NCBI GenBank assembly: GCA_002811645.1 | Contig: PDIP01000122.1 | Location: forward strand, 34,098 to 98,097 | Source: Corallochytrium limacisporum Hawaii | Taxonomy: Eukaryota; Protista; Pluriformea | Direction: 5' to 3' | DNA: 64,000 nucleotides | Shown here: positions 9,651 through 21,201 of the stretch, piece by piece | How positions within the stretch are numbered: position 1 is the stretch's first letter | Layout: each line of letters begins with the position of its first letter | The notes under the pieces: generated by a model | Seen by the model: only the letters and a program-made list of their open reading frames with translations | Told to the model about the DNA's origin: nothing | Databases searched by the model: none | Translations under genes and position numbers: made by a program

Positions 9651-11939
9651 CGGACCCCCAAAAAAGAAAAACGAAAGAATATAACAAATAGACATGCCAG
9701 GCGTCGTTGCTGACAAAAATCCTAAGCGAATAAGCGCACAATACGCTCTCTCGCCCAAACGTAACCAACCAAAAAGAGGAAAGGAAAACTTGGTTCTTTT
9801 TTATCCCCTTTTCCTCTCTCCCGTTCTGCTATTTCTGCTTCTCTGCTATCGGTCCCTTCTCACCACCCCAGCACCCTTCCACACCCACAATCTCCCCTGT
9901 CCTTCTTTTTTTTTTCTCTCTCTCACTCACTCACTCTCTCTTCCCTTTCTCCCTGTTTTTTTTTTAATTTGTCCGGTCTGCTGATATACCGGGAAAGGGG
10001 CACGACGACGGCGGCACCCCACACGCGCAAACACGCCCCAGAGACACAGAGAGAGAGAGAAGAAGAAGAAGAAGAAAGAAAAAAATACAAGAACCGACAC
10101 ACCCCTCCAACGCGAGACAGAGAGCCAAAGGAGGGATTTTAAGGTCGGTGGTGTGTGTGTGTATGTCAGGCGGTGCTCCGTCTCTCTCGCTCTCTCTCTC
10201 TCTCTCTCGCTCTCGTTTGATCCGCAACCACCACCACCAAACCCACCCAAACGAAACCTTGCCCCCGAGAGCGAGAGCTCACAGGGGAACACCCCAAGGG
10301 CGAGCCCCCCCCCCTCCCCGGGGAAAGAGCTACTTGGGCCTCTCTCTCTCTCTATAGTATATCTCTTTCGCTCTCTCTGTGACTGTCACTTGCACAGACA
10401 ACACTGTTGCTGGCACTGGCACTGTCGTCTGTGCTGTGCTCTGTGTGTGTGTGTGTGTGCTTACCGCAAACGATAAAGAAAGGGAAAGATGAAATGGGGA
10501 CTTGGGGAGGGGGGGGAAGGACGGGGTGGGTGAAGGGAAGTGTATGAACCTGAAGCGGCAAGGGCAAGGAGGTGCGGGGTATTGAGTAGTAGTAGAGTAA
10601 GACTGCGGGTTTTTCCCTCGGGCCCCTTTTGGGGAGAGGCCGGGAGGCCTCTCATCCGCCATGGCCAAATGAATGTTCTCAGCACAATAGAAATAGGGCC
10701 CATGCAAAGGAAAGAAGAAATATTTTCAATTTTTTTTTATTCGGAGTTGTTGGCTTGTTGGGCCCAGACACCCAAATATTTTTTTTTGTCCATCCCTCTC
10801 CCTCTCTCTCTCTTTCCTGCTTCCCCGCCTGCTCCGCACCGGAGGAGGGCTGAGAGGGGCGGACGGGCGGGAGGGGGGTCGAAGCGGGCTGACGCAAAAA
10901 TGGAGAGAGAGAGAGAGAGAAGAAAAAAAGTAGCCTCTTCGGGACCGTTGCTCGAGCGAGAGAGAGCGAGGGTGGAATTACCATTTGTGACAAGAATGGA
11001 TACCCATTGTTAATACTGCGGTACCCGCACTCAGGAATTTCGGGAGGTATCTCTCCGTGCGTCGGAACTGCGAATGCGATGACCAGGGTGCGGCTTGTAT
11101 CTCCTCTGTTGTGCTTGCTGAGGCCCCGCGGTGGAGGTGGTGGGGTGTCTTCTGTCTGTGCCGTGTGCCGTGTGCGTGTGTGTAGGGCTTTTGAATGCCT
11201 CTCTCTCTCTCTCACTCTCTCTCTGCCACACACACACACTCTCTCTCTGTGTCTCTCTCAGTTCCTGACCGTCAGCACGGAAGGACTCACATACCCGGAG
11301 CTCCCCCGAAATGGGCATCGGGAGGAAGTCACCTTTTTTTCAGATAGCTCTCCACTTCCTCAACAAAGACATAGTCTATATTAATTGTATTGATTAAGCG
11401 CAGATATTTTCGTAAATTTGGTTTTTGTTGCCACCCGTCGAAACGGTCTTCTCTCTCTCTGTCTCTCTCTCTCTGTGTAGGTCTCGTCCCCCAAAGAAAC
11501 CCGGACCAGCCGCCGTGGAAAAGGGACCCGCCGGTCACCTGAATAAAGATTAGAACCTACGGTTCGACTATAAAAAAGATAGATTTTTTCAAAGCGACTA
11601 AATCATCGTGCTTCTGTCTCCGTCCCTACCCCGCCTTTTCCATCCCCGTTTTATCGCTTCACAATTCCCCTCCCCTCCCTTCCCTTCCCTTTTACCCGGG
11701 GACTTTGCTCCACTCCCCTTTTCCGCAATACAAAATGTTAGGGGAAAATAAAGAAGAGAGAGAGGAGAGGACAGCGGGGGAGTGAGCGAGAGAACCGCCC
11801 CGGGGGGGGGGGGGGAAATGAAGACCAAACAGCCGAAAGACGGGGCGCTTATAGTGAATAAACCGGGGCGGGATGCCGCCCGTGGCTTGGTCGAGGTCTT
11901 TGGGACACATCGAAATAAAACTGATACCCTAATAAGACT

Positions 11940-12758
11940 TTAATCTAGTTTACGGAAAAACCTCCTCCTCACGACTCGTAGCTGGGAGGGGGGTCGACGT
12001 TCGACTACCGCAAAATGCCAAGCTGGATCGTTCGGACTAGCGGCCTGCAGTTCTTCCTTGGCATTGTCGCGTCTCCGCTGCTCGGCCTCTCTCTTGGCCA
12101 GCAGTGCTCGAGCCGCTTCTCGACGCTCCCGCAGCTCGCGCCCGAATTTGGACTCCACCTCTGCGTCTCCCATGGCACGAAGTTCATCGCCGTAGAGCGA
12201 TACAAACACAAAATACATGCCGATACGGAAGATCACTGTCCCCAGGATAAGCCCCAACCCAAGTTTGATCTTGGGGTGCCACTGCGATTCGGTCCGTCGG
12301 TCCGAGTACGTGCCTTCCCGCCCATGGAATTCATCCCATGCCTTTTGGTGTTCATAGGCATAGTTCGGATTTCTGTGCTGGTACGCATAGGCCGACCCTC
12401 CGCCTGCAGAGGAGGCCGCACTGTGGTAGCGGTTCCCGTATTGGTCATACTGCGACCGACGTAGCGGATCCCCGAGCACCTCGTAAGCCTCAGTGAGGCG
12501 CTTGAAGTGTTCCGCGTCACCACCCCGGTCCGGATGCGCACTACGGGCCTTCGCGTAGAAGGCGGCCTTCACCTCAGCGGAGGTAGCGCTACGGGAGACA
12601 CCAAGGAGGGAATAGTGATCTTCTGACCTACTTACGGCGTAAGATCTTTGCTGAGGGAAGAAAAGAGTGGCAGCCGCATTGCGCGGCACCGTGAACCGGC
12701 TAATGGATAGATATGGCAGGCCCCGTCTGCTAAGTAGGCTGCTCATCATTATCGCCAT
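11940..12758 (-). CDS. J-domain protein with probable mitochondrial presequence and one TM helix (DNAJC4/DNAJC30-like architecture)
   Basis: Arg/Ser-rich N-terminus; J domain DHYSLLGV...HPD...AYEVLGDPLRRSQYD; hydrophobic segment LGLGLILGTVIFRIGMYFVFVSLY. Confidence 0.85.
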   Translation of the reverse strand: MAIMMSSLLSRRGLPYLSISRFTVPRNAAATLFFPQQRSYAVSRSEDHYSLLGVSRSATSAEVKAAFYAKARSAHPDRGGDAEHFKRLTEAYEVLGDPLRRSQYDQYGNRYHSAASSAGGGSAYAYQHRNPNYAYEHQKAWDEFHGREGTYSDRRTESQWHPKIKLGLGLILGTVIFRIGMYFVFVSLYGDELRAMGDAEVESKFGRELRERREAARALLAKREAEQRRRDNAKEELQAASPNDPAWHFAVVERRPPSQLRVVRRRFFRKLD

Positions 12759-13899
12759 GACTTCATTCTTTACTTAGTCTATCTGATAAGATCAAAAATA
12801 AACCTTAGTCACCTCGTCTTCTTGTGGTCAAGTTCTGGTCCTGTGACGGTGAACTCGGGAGCACCTAGGCCACGGAAAACATCAGCAAATGCTCGCATTC
12901 GTCTGGTTTCCGGATTTTCTATGCAGCGTGATCTCAACAGCACGTTCTCTTATTCATTGCAACAAGAAAGAAATTCATCTGTGCCACCGCTACACTGTAT
13001 GGCAGTGACAATTGTGTGCGTTCCTCGTCGGTCTGAAGTACCCTGAGCAAAGTGCTTGAATCTTTTGACCTCGCACCGAGGCCCGTCAACGGCGGTTTGG
13101 GGGGTGCGCCCGGGGGGGNNNNNNNNNNNNNNNNNNNNNNNNNNNNNNNNNNNNNNNNNNNNNNNNNNNNNNNNNNNNNNNNNNNNNNNNNNNNNNNNNN
13201 NNNNNNNNNNNNNNNNNNNNNNNNNNNNNNNNNNNNNNNNNNNNNNNNNNNNNNNNNNNNNNNNNNNNNNNNNNNNNNNNNNNNNNNNNNNNNNNNNNNN
13301 NNNNNNNNNNNNNNNNNNNNNNNNNNNNNNNNNNNNNNNNNNNNNNNNNNNNNNNNNNNNNNNNNNNNNNNNNGGGGGGGGGGGGGGGGGGGGGCCTTGA
13401 GGGGGCCCCCCCCCCCCCCGGCGCAGGGCAGGAGGTCGCTGTTTTCTTGGCCGGGTCGGGGTAGGGTAGGGGTAGGTAAGCAGCCCGGTCGGAATGCCGG
13501 TACGTTCACCGTTGCAAAAAGCCAACCTCCTGCTTAGATCCGCAGCCTATTTTTACTATACTTCTTTTTCTTTGGGTCTCCCTCCCTCCCTCGCTGTTAT
13601 ATCTTTGCGCCTTAATTTTTTTCATTTTCCAATCCCTGGTGTCTTTGAGCCTGGGTGTGAAACACCAGACACCGGGGCGGTGGTTCCATGTCACGGTTAA
13701 TTGCGGACGACGTCCCGAGGCAAGAGTGGCGTGCTTTTGGACAGTTTCAGTGTTGTTATATATACATATTGATACTATGGAGACAATTTATTCTGTTGTT
13801 TGGTTGCCAATATGAATGGCCTTATTCCAATGCGCTGTGATTGGGGGCCTGAATTGTGCATGATCTGCGTGTTCATGCCCTTTTGTGTGTAGCACGGTC

Positions 13900-16032
13900 C
13901 TACTTTCTCATGCCCGTCTGGTAGCGACTAAGCAGGAACATGAACACCATCCGCCAGAAGACAATCATGGCGATGATGATCAAGGAATTACGAAGACGGA
14001 TGTCGCTGTCGACACCGTACAGCGAAGATATGTACTCATCACCGGACATCTCAGGAATGACGCCCGTGGCGGTTTCCACGTTGGTCAGAGTCAGTCCACT
14101 AAAGTCGTTGTACAGGAACGACTGGAAGATGTAGTTGTGGAAGGAGATGTAGTAGCCCCAGATCCAGTAGTCGGGAATGTCCGATTTGACAATGAAGAAT
14201 CCGGACATGAGCATGAAGAAGCCAAAAATCATGGCAGCAATGGCAATGCCGAGCAAGGCAAATGGAGCGACCACACTGATCGCAATCATGAAGCTCTCCG
14301 CCGTGTACAGGGCCAGGAACAGGTTCAGCACGAAGAAGAAGTACTGGCCGGCGCCGGGGTTCAGCTGGACCATCCAGTAGACCGGAATTGAGGAGCTAAG
14401 CGCGATCAGAAAGACCCAAGGGATGGAGCTCAGGGTGTTGGCCAGAGTGTACGCAGCCGGCCGATAGCAGCCAGAGGCCCGCTCGCGAACAAAGACGGCA
14501 CGCTCATCAACAAAGGCTGGCACAGCGGCCACAGTCATGAAGGTCATAAAGGCCGCCACGAAGAAGAGAATGCTGACACGATCATTGATGGCGTTACCGT
14601 CAGTGCCCACGTCAAAGAAGAGAGTACCGATGACGATACCAAGGATGAAGTACATACCCACGCGAAGCCAGTAGACGGCAGGGTTGCGCATGGCGTCCTG
14701 GAAGTTGCGCTTGACCAGGACCTTGGTCTGGTACCAAGTAGAATTGGCGAACTTGGAGGACAGGCCCAGTTTGGTGGCTTGGATATCGCAGTAGTCGTTC
14801 TCGTAGCCTTCCTTAACCTCCTTGATCTCGTCGGCGACGTGCTGGAAATAGTCAGAGTCCTTGAAAGCCTGCGCCAGTTCAGCAACGTCGACAGCTGTGC
14901 GCTGCTTATGATGGGCACGGCTCCGGCTGCCGCTGCTCTCCTTAGTCTCATCGCTATCATCAGTTTCCTCAACGATGTCGTGATCGTCCCCGTCGATATC
15001 GTCAAATTCGGGGTTGACTTTGGCCAGAAAGAAGTCTGGCGGATTCACATCCTCGGGACAGGGCAGACCGCGGTCAGCAAAGAACCGGACGCTGTTCTCT
15101 GGTTTGCCAAAGTACGCCATGTGGCCCTGACTCAGGATCATGACCTTGTCAAAGAGCTGGTACATCTTGTTGCTCGGACCGTTCAGGGTGGTCACGATAG
15201 TGCGGCCTGTGCGGGTCAGTGCGCGCAGGCTTCGGATCAACGACATGGCCGCGGTGGAATCCAGCCCACTGGTGGGCACATCGAGGAAGAGTATGCAGGG
15301 TTGTGCGACCAGCTCGACACCGATGCTCACGCGGCGCTTCTGGCCACCACTGATGCCCCGGATGAAAGAATTGCCAATTTTTGTGTCCGCGGCAATACGA
15401 AGGCCGAGATCATCGATAGTGTCTTCCACAATCTTTCGCTTCTGCTCATCGGTGAACTGGTCGGAGGGCAAGCGGAAATGGGCGGCATACATCAGGGTCT
15501 CGCGCACAGTTAGGGTAGGCAGCAGCGCCTCGTCTTGCTTGACGTAGGCACTGACACGCTTGAAGAAGCGATTTGGTTTGCAACTGTTGACGCGTACGAC
15601 ACCTTCGTAGGCCTTGGGCCTCATCTTTTGCGCGAGGATGTCCAGTAGAGTGGTCTTGCCGCTACCAGAGGGACCGAGGATGGCCAGGAGCTCGCCGCTC
15701 TGCACCACACCGCTGACGGAGTCGAGAATCCGGCGTTCCTTGTGGATTCTCTCCTCCTCGCCGCGGGCGTTGGTGTAGCTCATCTTCACATCGGCCTTAT
15801 ACGTGACATCCTCGAACGTGAGGTTCAGTCTGCATCCGACGTCTGCTGTCTTGGCAGCAAAGTCGGTGTTTGGATCAATGGTTGACTCCCGCTGAGGCAT
15901 GGTCAGGGTCATCTGTGAATCCCGAGCAGTGCTGACCACTGAATTTGTAGCAGTCTCATTATGCTCTTCAGACCGAAGGACCTTAACGTCGATGTTGTTG
16001 ATGTGTTTGGTTTCTACGGCATTGGGTGGCAT
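13900..16032 (-). CDS. ABCG/White-family half transporter with degenerate Walker B and H-switch
   Basis: NBD-TMD order. Walker A GPSGSGKTT and signature ISGGQKRR are canonical, but Walker B reads LFLDVPT and the switch reads TLNGP. C-terminal multi-pass TMD. Confidence 0.95.
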   Translation of the reverse strand: MPPNAVETKHINNIDVKVLRSEEHNETATNSVVSTARDSQMTLTMPQRESTIDPNTDFAAKTADVGCRLNLTFEDVTYKADVKMSYTNARGEEERIHKERRILDSVSGVVQSGELLAILGPSGSGKTTLLDILAQKMRPKAYEGVVRVNSCKPNRFFKRVSAYVKQDEALLPTLTVRETLMYAAHFRLPSDQFTDEQKRKIVEDTIDDLGLRIAADTKIGNSFIRGISGGQKRRVSIGVELVAQPCILFLDVPTSGLDSTAAMSLIRSLRALTRTGRTIVTTLNGPSNKMYQLFDKVMILSQGHMAYFGKPENSVRFFADRGLPCPEDVNPPDFFLAKVNPEFDDIDGDDHDIVEETDDSDETKESSGSRSRAHHKQRTAVDVAELAQAFKDSDYFQHVADEIKEVKEGYENDYCDIQATKLGLSSKFANSTWYQTKVLVKRNFQDAMRNPAVYWLRVGMYFILGIVIGTLFFDVGTDGNAINDRVSILFFVAAFMTFMTVAAVPAFVDERAVFVRERASGCYRPAAYTLANTLSSIPWVFLIALSSSIPVYWMVQLNPGAGQYFFFVLNLFLALYTAESFMIAISVVAPFALLGIAIAAMIFGFFMLMSGFFIVKSDIPDYWIWGYYISFHNYIFQSFLYNDFSGLTLTNVETATGVIPEMSGDEYISSLYGVDSDIRLRNSLIIIAMIVFWRMVFMFLLSRYQTGMRK

Positions 16033-16779
16033 TGTGTCTGTGTTTCTGTGGTTTCCGAAATTGCCTTTCTGTGTATATCCAATGCTAACCGGCTATTCAC
16101 GGGATCTTGTTTAGATCAATTCCTGTTTCTATAATACCATACGATTTCTTTCGCTTGAAAGCGCTAAGGGTTTCACTGTTTTATACTTGTCAAGTTCCAT
16201 CCTTCCCATGGGTTGGGTCCGTACATTTGTTTCCTTCTTCTACCTTGGCTTACAACCCCGATTGTCCGCTCGTGCCCACTCTCTCGACTTCTGACGAAAC
16301 GAACATCACATCACATCCTCACAGCCACCCACAACACAAGGTAACCAACCTTGCGTTATCCTACACAGTCGACAGAACCCCCCATAACCCCCAAAGGCCT
16401 GCTCTGACGGTATTGGCACTTCCTCGTTGTCCCCTGTGCGCGCTGTGCTTGCGTGCATTCGCTTCCCCCCCCCAGAGTTTCTCGCCGTCCCCAACCACCG
16501 GGTCTTCCCCCCCCCCCGGGGGGGGAGGTCCTCTCTCTCCCTACTCCTCCCCCGGTGTAAATGGCCCGTCGTTTCGAGGCGTGAAGAAGGAGAAAGGGGG
16601 GGGGGAAGGGGGGGTGGTGTTGGTGTTTGAGTTTCCTTGGTCGCGCCAAATAATTCCCGGCCGGCCCCGTGGCCTTGCTCCCTCCCCTCTCATCGTACAC
16701 AACGCGCCACCACCAAATAATCTCCCCCATCAATTCCGGGTGAGCACACTCACTCACTCAGACAACGCGCCGCGGGACT

Positions 16780-16782
<3 letters not shown>

Positions 16783-16845
<63 letters not shown>

Positions 16846-16949
16846 GTCTGTAGTCTCTGCGTCTGTCCTAACAGCCAGTACCCATCTCTCTCTCTCTCTC
16901 TCTCTGTCTGTCTGTAGTCTCTGCGTCTGTCCTAACAGCCAGTACCCAT
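16783..16949. repeat. (CT)n microsatellite plus a ~64-nt tandem duplication
   Basis: tgtctgtctgtagtctctgcgtctgtcctaacagccagtacccat at 16841-16885 and 16905-16949, each preceded by (CT)n. Confidence 0.85.
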
Positions 16950-18537
16950 CCGTAATTTACCCCCCAACCCAACCCAACGCCAGGCCGTGCGTTCAATTCC
17001 GTTTTGCACAACTTTTTGATTTCCCGGTGCGCCGGGTGGGGTAACTGCGAGGGGACACGCAGCCCAAAAAACTAAAAAAAAAAAAGAAAAATCAAACAAA
17101 AAAGAGAACTACTAAGAACCGCACGCGCCCTCTCTCCGTTCCCTTTCCTTCCTCGCCCAAGGGTCCCCCTTCCCGGGAGACGCGAGGCCATTGTTTCATC
17201 ACACAGAGAAAATGGAGACGGAGGGCTGCCGCCGCGGCGGGGTGGTGAGTAACCCCTCTCCAGCGAGAAGGAACCGGCTCGACCGCCAGAAACGGTAGCG
17301 TGGCGTGCAGTAGGGAGAGATTCGGACTCGAAGGAAGAGCAGAAGAGTGGAAAACCGAACGCGACAAGCCCTACGTGTGCCGAGCCAATAATGACACAAT
17401 AGAGAGAAAACAAAGGCAAAGAAACTCGAAGGCGTTCCCTAATATTGTTTTTTGGGCCGTGGAGAGCCCCGCAGGTGCAGAATGAAAAGCCAATAGGAAG
17501 ACAACCCCCTACAAAACAAAGGCAAAATAAAAAGGAAGGAAGGAGAAGGAGAGAGATTGGAACGAAGCGGAAGAGACGCTGTGGTGTGGGGAGGAAGGAA
17601 GGAAGGCAGAGAATCAAACAGAACAAAATTTAAAGAGTGAGCACCGAACTTGGGAAGTGAAAAAGTCATCAAGAATCCCACTTCCCAACAGAACCCCCAG
17701 GGAAAATTATAGAGAGAGAGAGCGAGAGAGAGAGAGAAATGAAAAAGCAAGGTAAAGCGCGTCACAGTTAGAGTTGTGGCAGAGAGAGACAGAGATATTT
17801 TGTGAACCAAGGGCACCCGAAATGAAACAAACGACAAAGAAAATTCAGCAACGGTGCGGTACCCAGAAGAAAAGGGGGCGGAATTCGCCTAATCTACCCC
17901 AATCTACCGATGTGAGGTTTTGGCCGCTCCCCCCCCCCTCCCCCTTCTTCACTCCCTTCCGTCGTTTTGCTGGGCCAACAGAGAATAATTTCGACAGGGC
18001 CCAAAACGCCGGGACCGGACAGACGGACAGGAAAAGTCATTCTTATGAATATCAACGAATTTTTTCATCACAAAGCCCAGAGCATCGAAGGTTGGTGTGG
18101 TGGGAGAGGAGAGAGAAGAGGGGGGAGGGCTTCAGATTGGCCATAGAAATGTATACTAGAACTTCGGCCGCAAAAACCGGCGACTACCAATAAATATTTT
18201 TACGCTCTGCTGGCCGTTCTTTTCACTTCGACCCGGTCGCGTGTCTTCGGGATTCATCTCACTAAAGCCCCGAAAAGGGAACGCGACAGGCCGTCCTGAC
18301 GAGGACGAAAACCGAAAGTCATAGTAAAACACCGTGAAAAATATAAGTACAATTTATATAGATAGACGGGCTAAGGTGGGAGACTGGGGGACGAACGGAC
18401 GACTCCGATTAAAGAAGAGAACGGAGCCGGCTCAATCCCGTGCCGTGAATACTCCCCGACCGTGACTTATTTTTCTTTTCCGTGACCATGCGCGCGCTCT
18501 CTTGCTCTCTCTGGGTCTGTCTGTTGTCTCCATCTCT

Positions 18538-18540
<3 letters not shown>

Positions 18541-18578
<38 letters not shown>
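18541..18578. repeat. (TG)n microsatellite
   Basis: Seen directly. Confidence 0.9.
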
Positions 18579-18579
<1 letters not shown>

Positions 18580-21201
18580 TCAGCCGCGGAGTTTGGGTGT
18601 GTGTGCTAACCGGGCATGGTAGCGAGCATCCTGTAATCTTCATTTGGGAGCTCCTTCCCATCACACCATCAGTGATGTCCGTTTGCCTGTTATATCTTTC
18701 TTGATTTGCTGTGCAGAGAACACACATGTGTGATCGGGACGGGCACGGCCGTTGCAAAACATTGGCATCGATGAGCCGCGCTCGCAAGGCACGGCACGCA
18801 CACATACACACAGACAAACATGACAATCATCGATACCGGGATTTAACATGTGGCCGGTATGCACACCGCAATCCAATAACGCAATGCCGTTTATACCATT
18901 GATGGCGGGGCATGAAAGACATTAACGATTTAAAGAAGGAGTGTGTCCTGCTTTGCGGACATCATTTGAAATTCTTTCTTTTCGTCTGCTGATACACACC
19001 TGAGCTGTTTGTCAGTGGCCCCGAGCGCACACACACAAACAGCTGCTTGGTGTGTTTTAGTTCGGAAGTTATGAAACTAACTAGTATGACATACATCTCT
19101 GGTGTGTTGTTCTTTTGGTGCCTTCTAGAAGCTCTGGTGGACACTTTCACGTCCATTTATCCTTGGTGATAGCCATCGTGGGGGGCTAAGTGCATGAACT
19201 GGGCCCAACATTGCCCAAAACATCCGCAGCCCCAGGCACATTGATATCGAATCACACTCATGGTCTTGGCATGATTGAGGACACGGCTGGGAAACTTGCC
19301 ATCTGCCCGTGCTTACCATGCTCGCTATGGTGAATACCTATGCCATACGATGTCAATGGTGTTCCTCGGGTACACCACACACACACACACAATTCACGCG
19401 GTACCCCGGGGATTTTAAGGTCCAGGCAATTTCCTATCGATCGTGCCCGGTGATAGCGTTGTCATAGTCGTCCCTTCTTCGTATAAGAGTTGGTTCTGTA
19501 TACATAAACACTGATGGAGAGGCTACGGACCGTTCCATTATTTCGTATATTCACCACCACCAACACCCACCCACCGAAACGCCAACCACACCCTCCACCC
19601 CCCCCNNNNNNNNNNNNNNNNNNNNNNNNNNNNNNNNNNNNNNNNNNNNNNNNNNNNNNNNNNNNNNNNNNNNNNNNNNNNNNNNNNNNNNNNNNNNNNN
19701 NNNNNNNNNNNNNNNNNNNNNNNNNNNNNNNNNNNNNNNNNNNNNNNNNNNNNNNNNNNNNNNNNNNNNNNNNNNNNNNNNNNNNNNNNNNNNNNNNNNN
19801 NNNNNNNNNNNNNNNNNNNNNNTCTCTCCCCTTCTCCTGCTCCTCCTCTCCCTTCTCCCCCCCCCCGGAAAAGATCAGCAGCCAGCAGCTCTGGCACATT
19901 TAATCATCGGCAGTCATTACGGGCCCAACCCGACGCCCTTCCTTCTCCACACGAACACCGGGCCAGCCAAAAGGAAAAGAAAAAAGAAAGGAAAGGGAAA
20001 GAGGCAGCGGCCCTTGTGAAGAGAGAGAGAGAGAGAGAGGAGAGAAGGGAGAGAGCGGTGTGATCTGCTGCTGCTGCTGCTGCTGCTGTGGCCGCCTCTT
20101 TTTAACTCTCTGTCTCTCTCTCTCTCTCGATCGAATCTGCCACTCTCGACCTTTCTGCTTGCCGGAACATCGCAGTACATTCAGTACTAATTCTGTTCCC
20201 ATCGGGAGTCATAGAAGAAAAGTATTTTTTTTTTGAAGCGGAGAGGTGGGACGCGAAATCAAGAATTAATGTGTGACCGAGAGACCCACCAGGGGCAGAA
20301 GTCAATGGAGCCATAAAGAAAAGTCCGAAGAGGAGCGAGGAAAAATTCCCCGAACGTTGGTTATCGAAAACGGAGGGCGTGAGGGACGAAGAGAGAGGAT
20401 CGCGGCAGCTCGAGGGTGAGATTTGGTTGCTTCGCCTTTCTTTCTTTTTTCTTTTTTCTTGTTCTTTTCTTTGCCTTGGGTCGGTCGCGCGCGCTCCCTC
20501 TTCCCCCACCCCGCCCGCTGGCACTTTTTCGCCTGGTTTCCAGGCGCCTTTCTTTTCGGCCGATCGCTCAAGTGCGCGTTCAAAAGGGGTCCCCCTTTGT
20601 CATAACTTTTTTTTTAAAGGGGGCCAAAGGAAGGGTCTCCCCCCCCCGGGGAGGGGGGGGGGAAGCCGGAAGAAAGGGAAGGAGGGGAAGGAGCAAGCCA
20701 GTGCGAAAGGAACCCTCCTTTTGCTCTGCTGCACACACAAAACGCACGCACGCACGCACGCACTCACTCACAGGGGCGATGCGCAGTAAAGGCACATCGC
20801 AACACCGCACCACCCACCAGCACCCGAAACGGTTTGGTGTCCGGTACGGCCCATCCGAACTGACAACAGATCATTCTCGGGGACTCGCCATCGAAACCAT
20901 CCTGCTGTGATGTAATGTAGGATGGGATGTGGGATGAGAACTTTGTAGTCTGCTCGGGACTCCGGTGGGCAGGAAAGTATTGCACAGGAAAGGTATGTCA
21001 AAGCCGGTAGGATCTGTGTCCCAAAAATCAACAATCAGTAAAGCAGTAAACTAGAAAAGCGATCAATCACGTATTTAAAGCAGCGACTGGGTCTGAACAA
21101 CATAGACCGTACGTATGGGAACATAGAACTAAAGATCTACAGCCTAGCCCACGAACAGAACGAACAGGGTTCATTGCGGAACTCAACACACACATACCGC
21201 C

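Noticed and set aside
9390-10215. Duplicated ~40-50-nt segments (9420-9450/9620-9648; 9525-9570/10150-10200) as a mobile element
   Set aside because: They flank an N gap and microsatellites, typical of mis-assembly; no TIR, TSD or transposase
16841-16949. Repeat with CTAAC..CAG as splice acceptors or a CRISPR-like array
   Set aside because: Only two copies separated by (CT)n; slippage or assembly duplication; no matching donor or downstream exon
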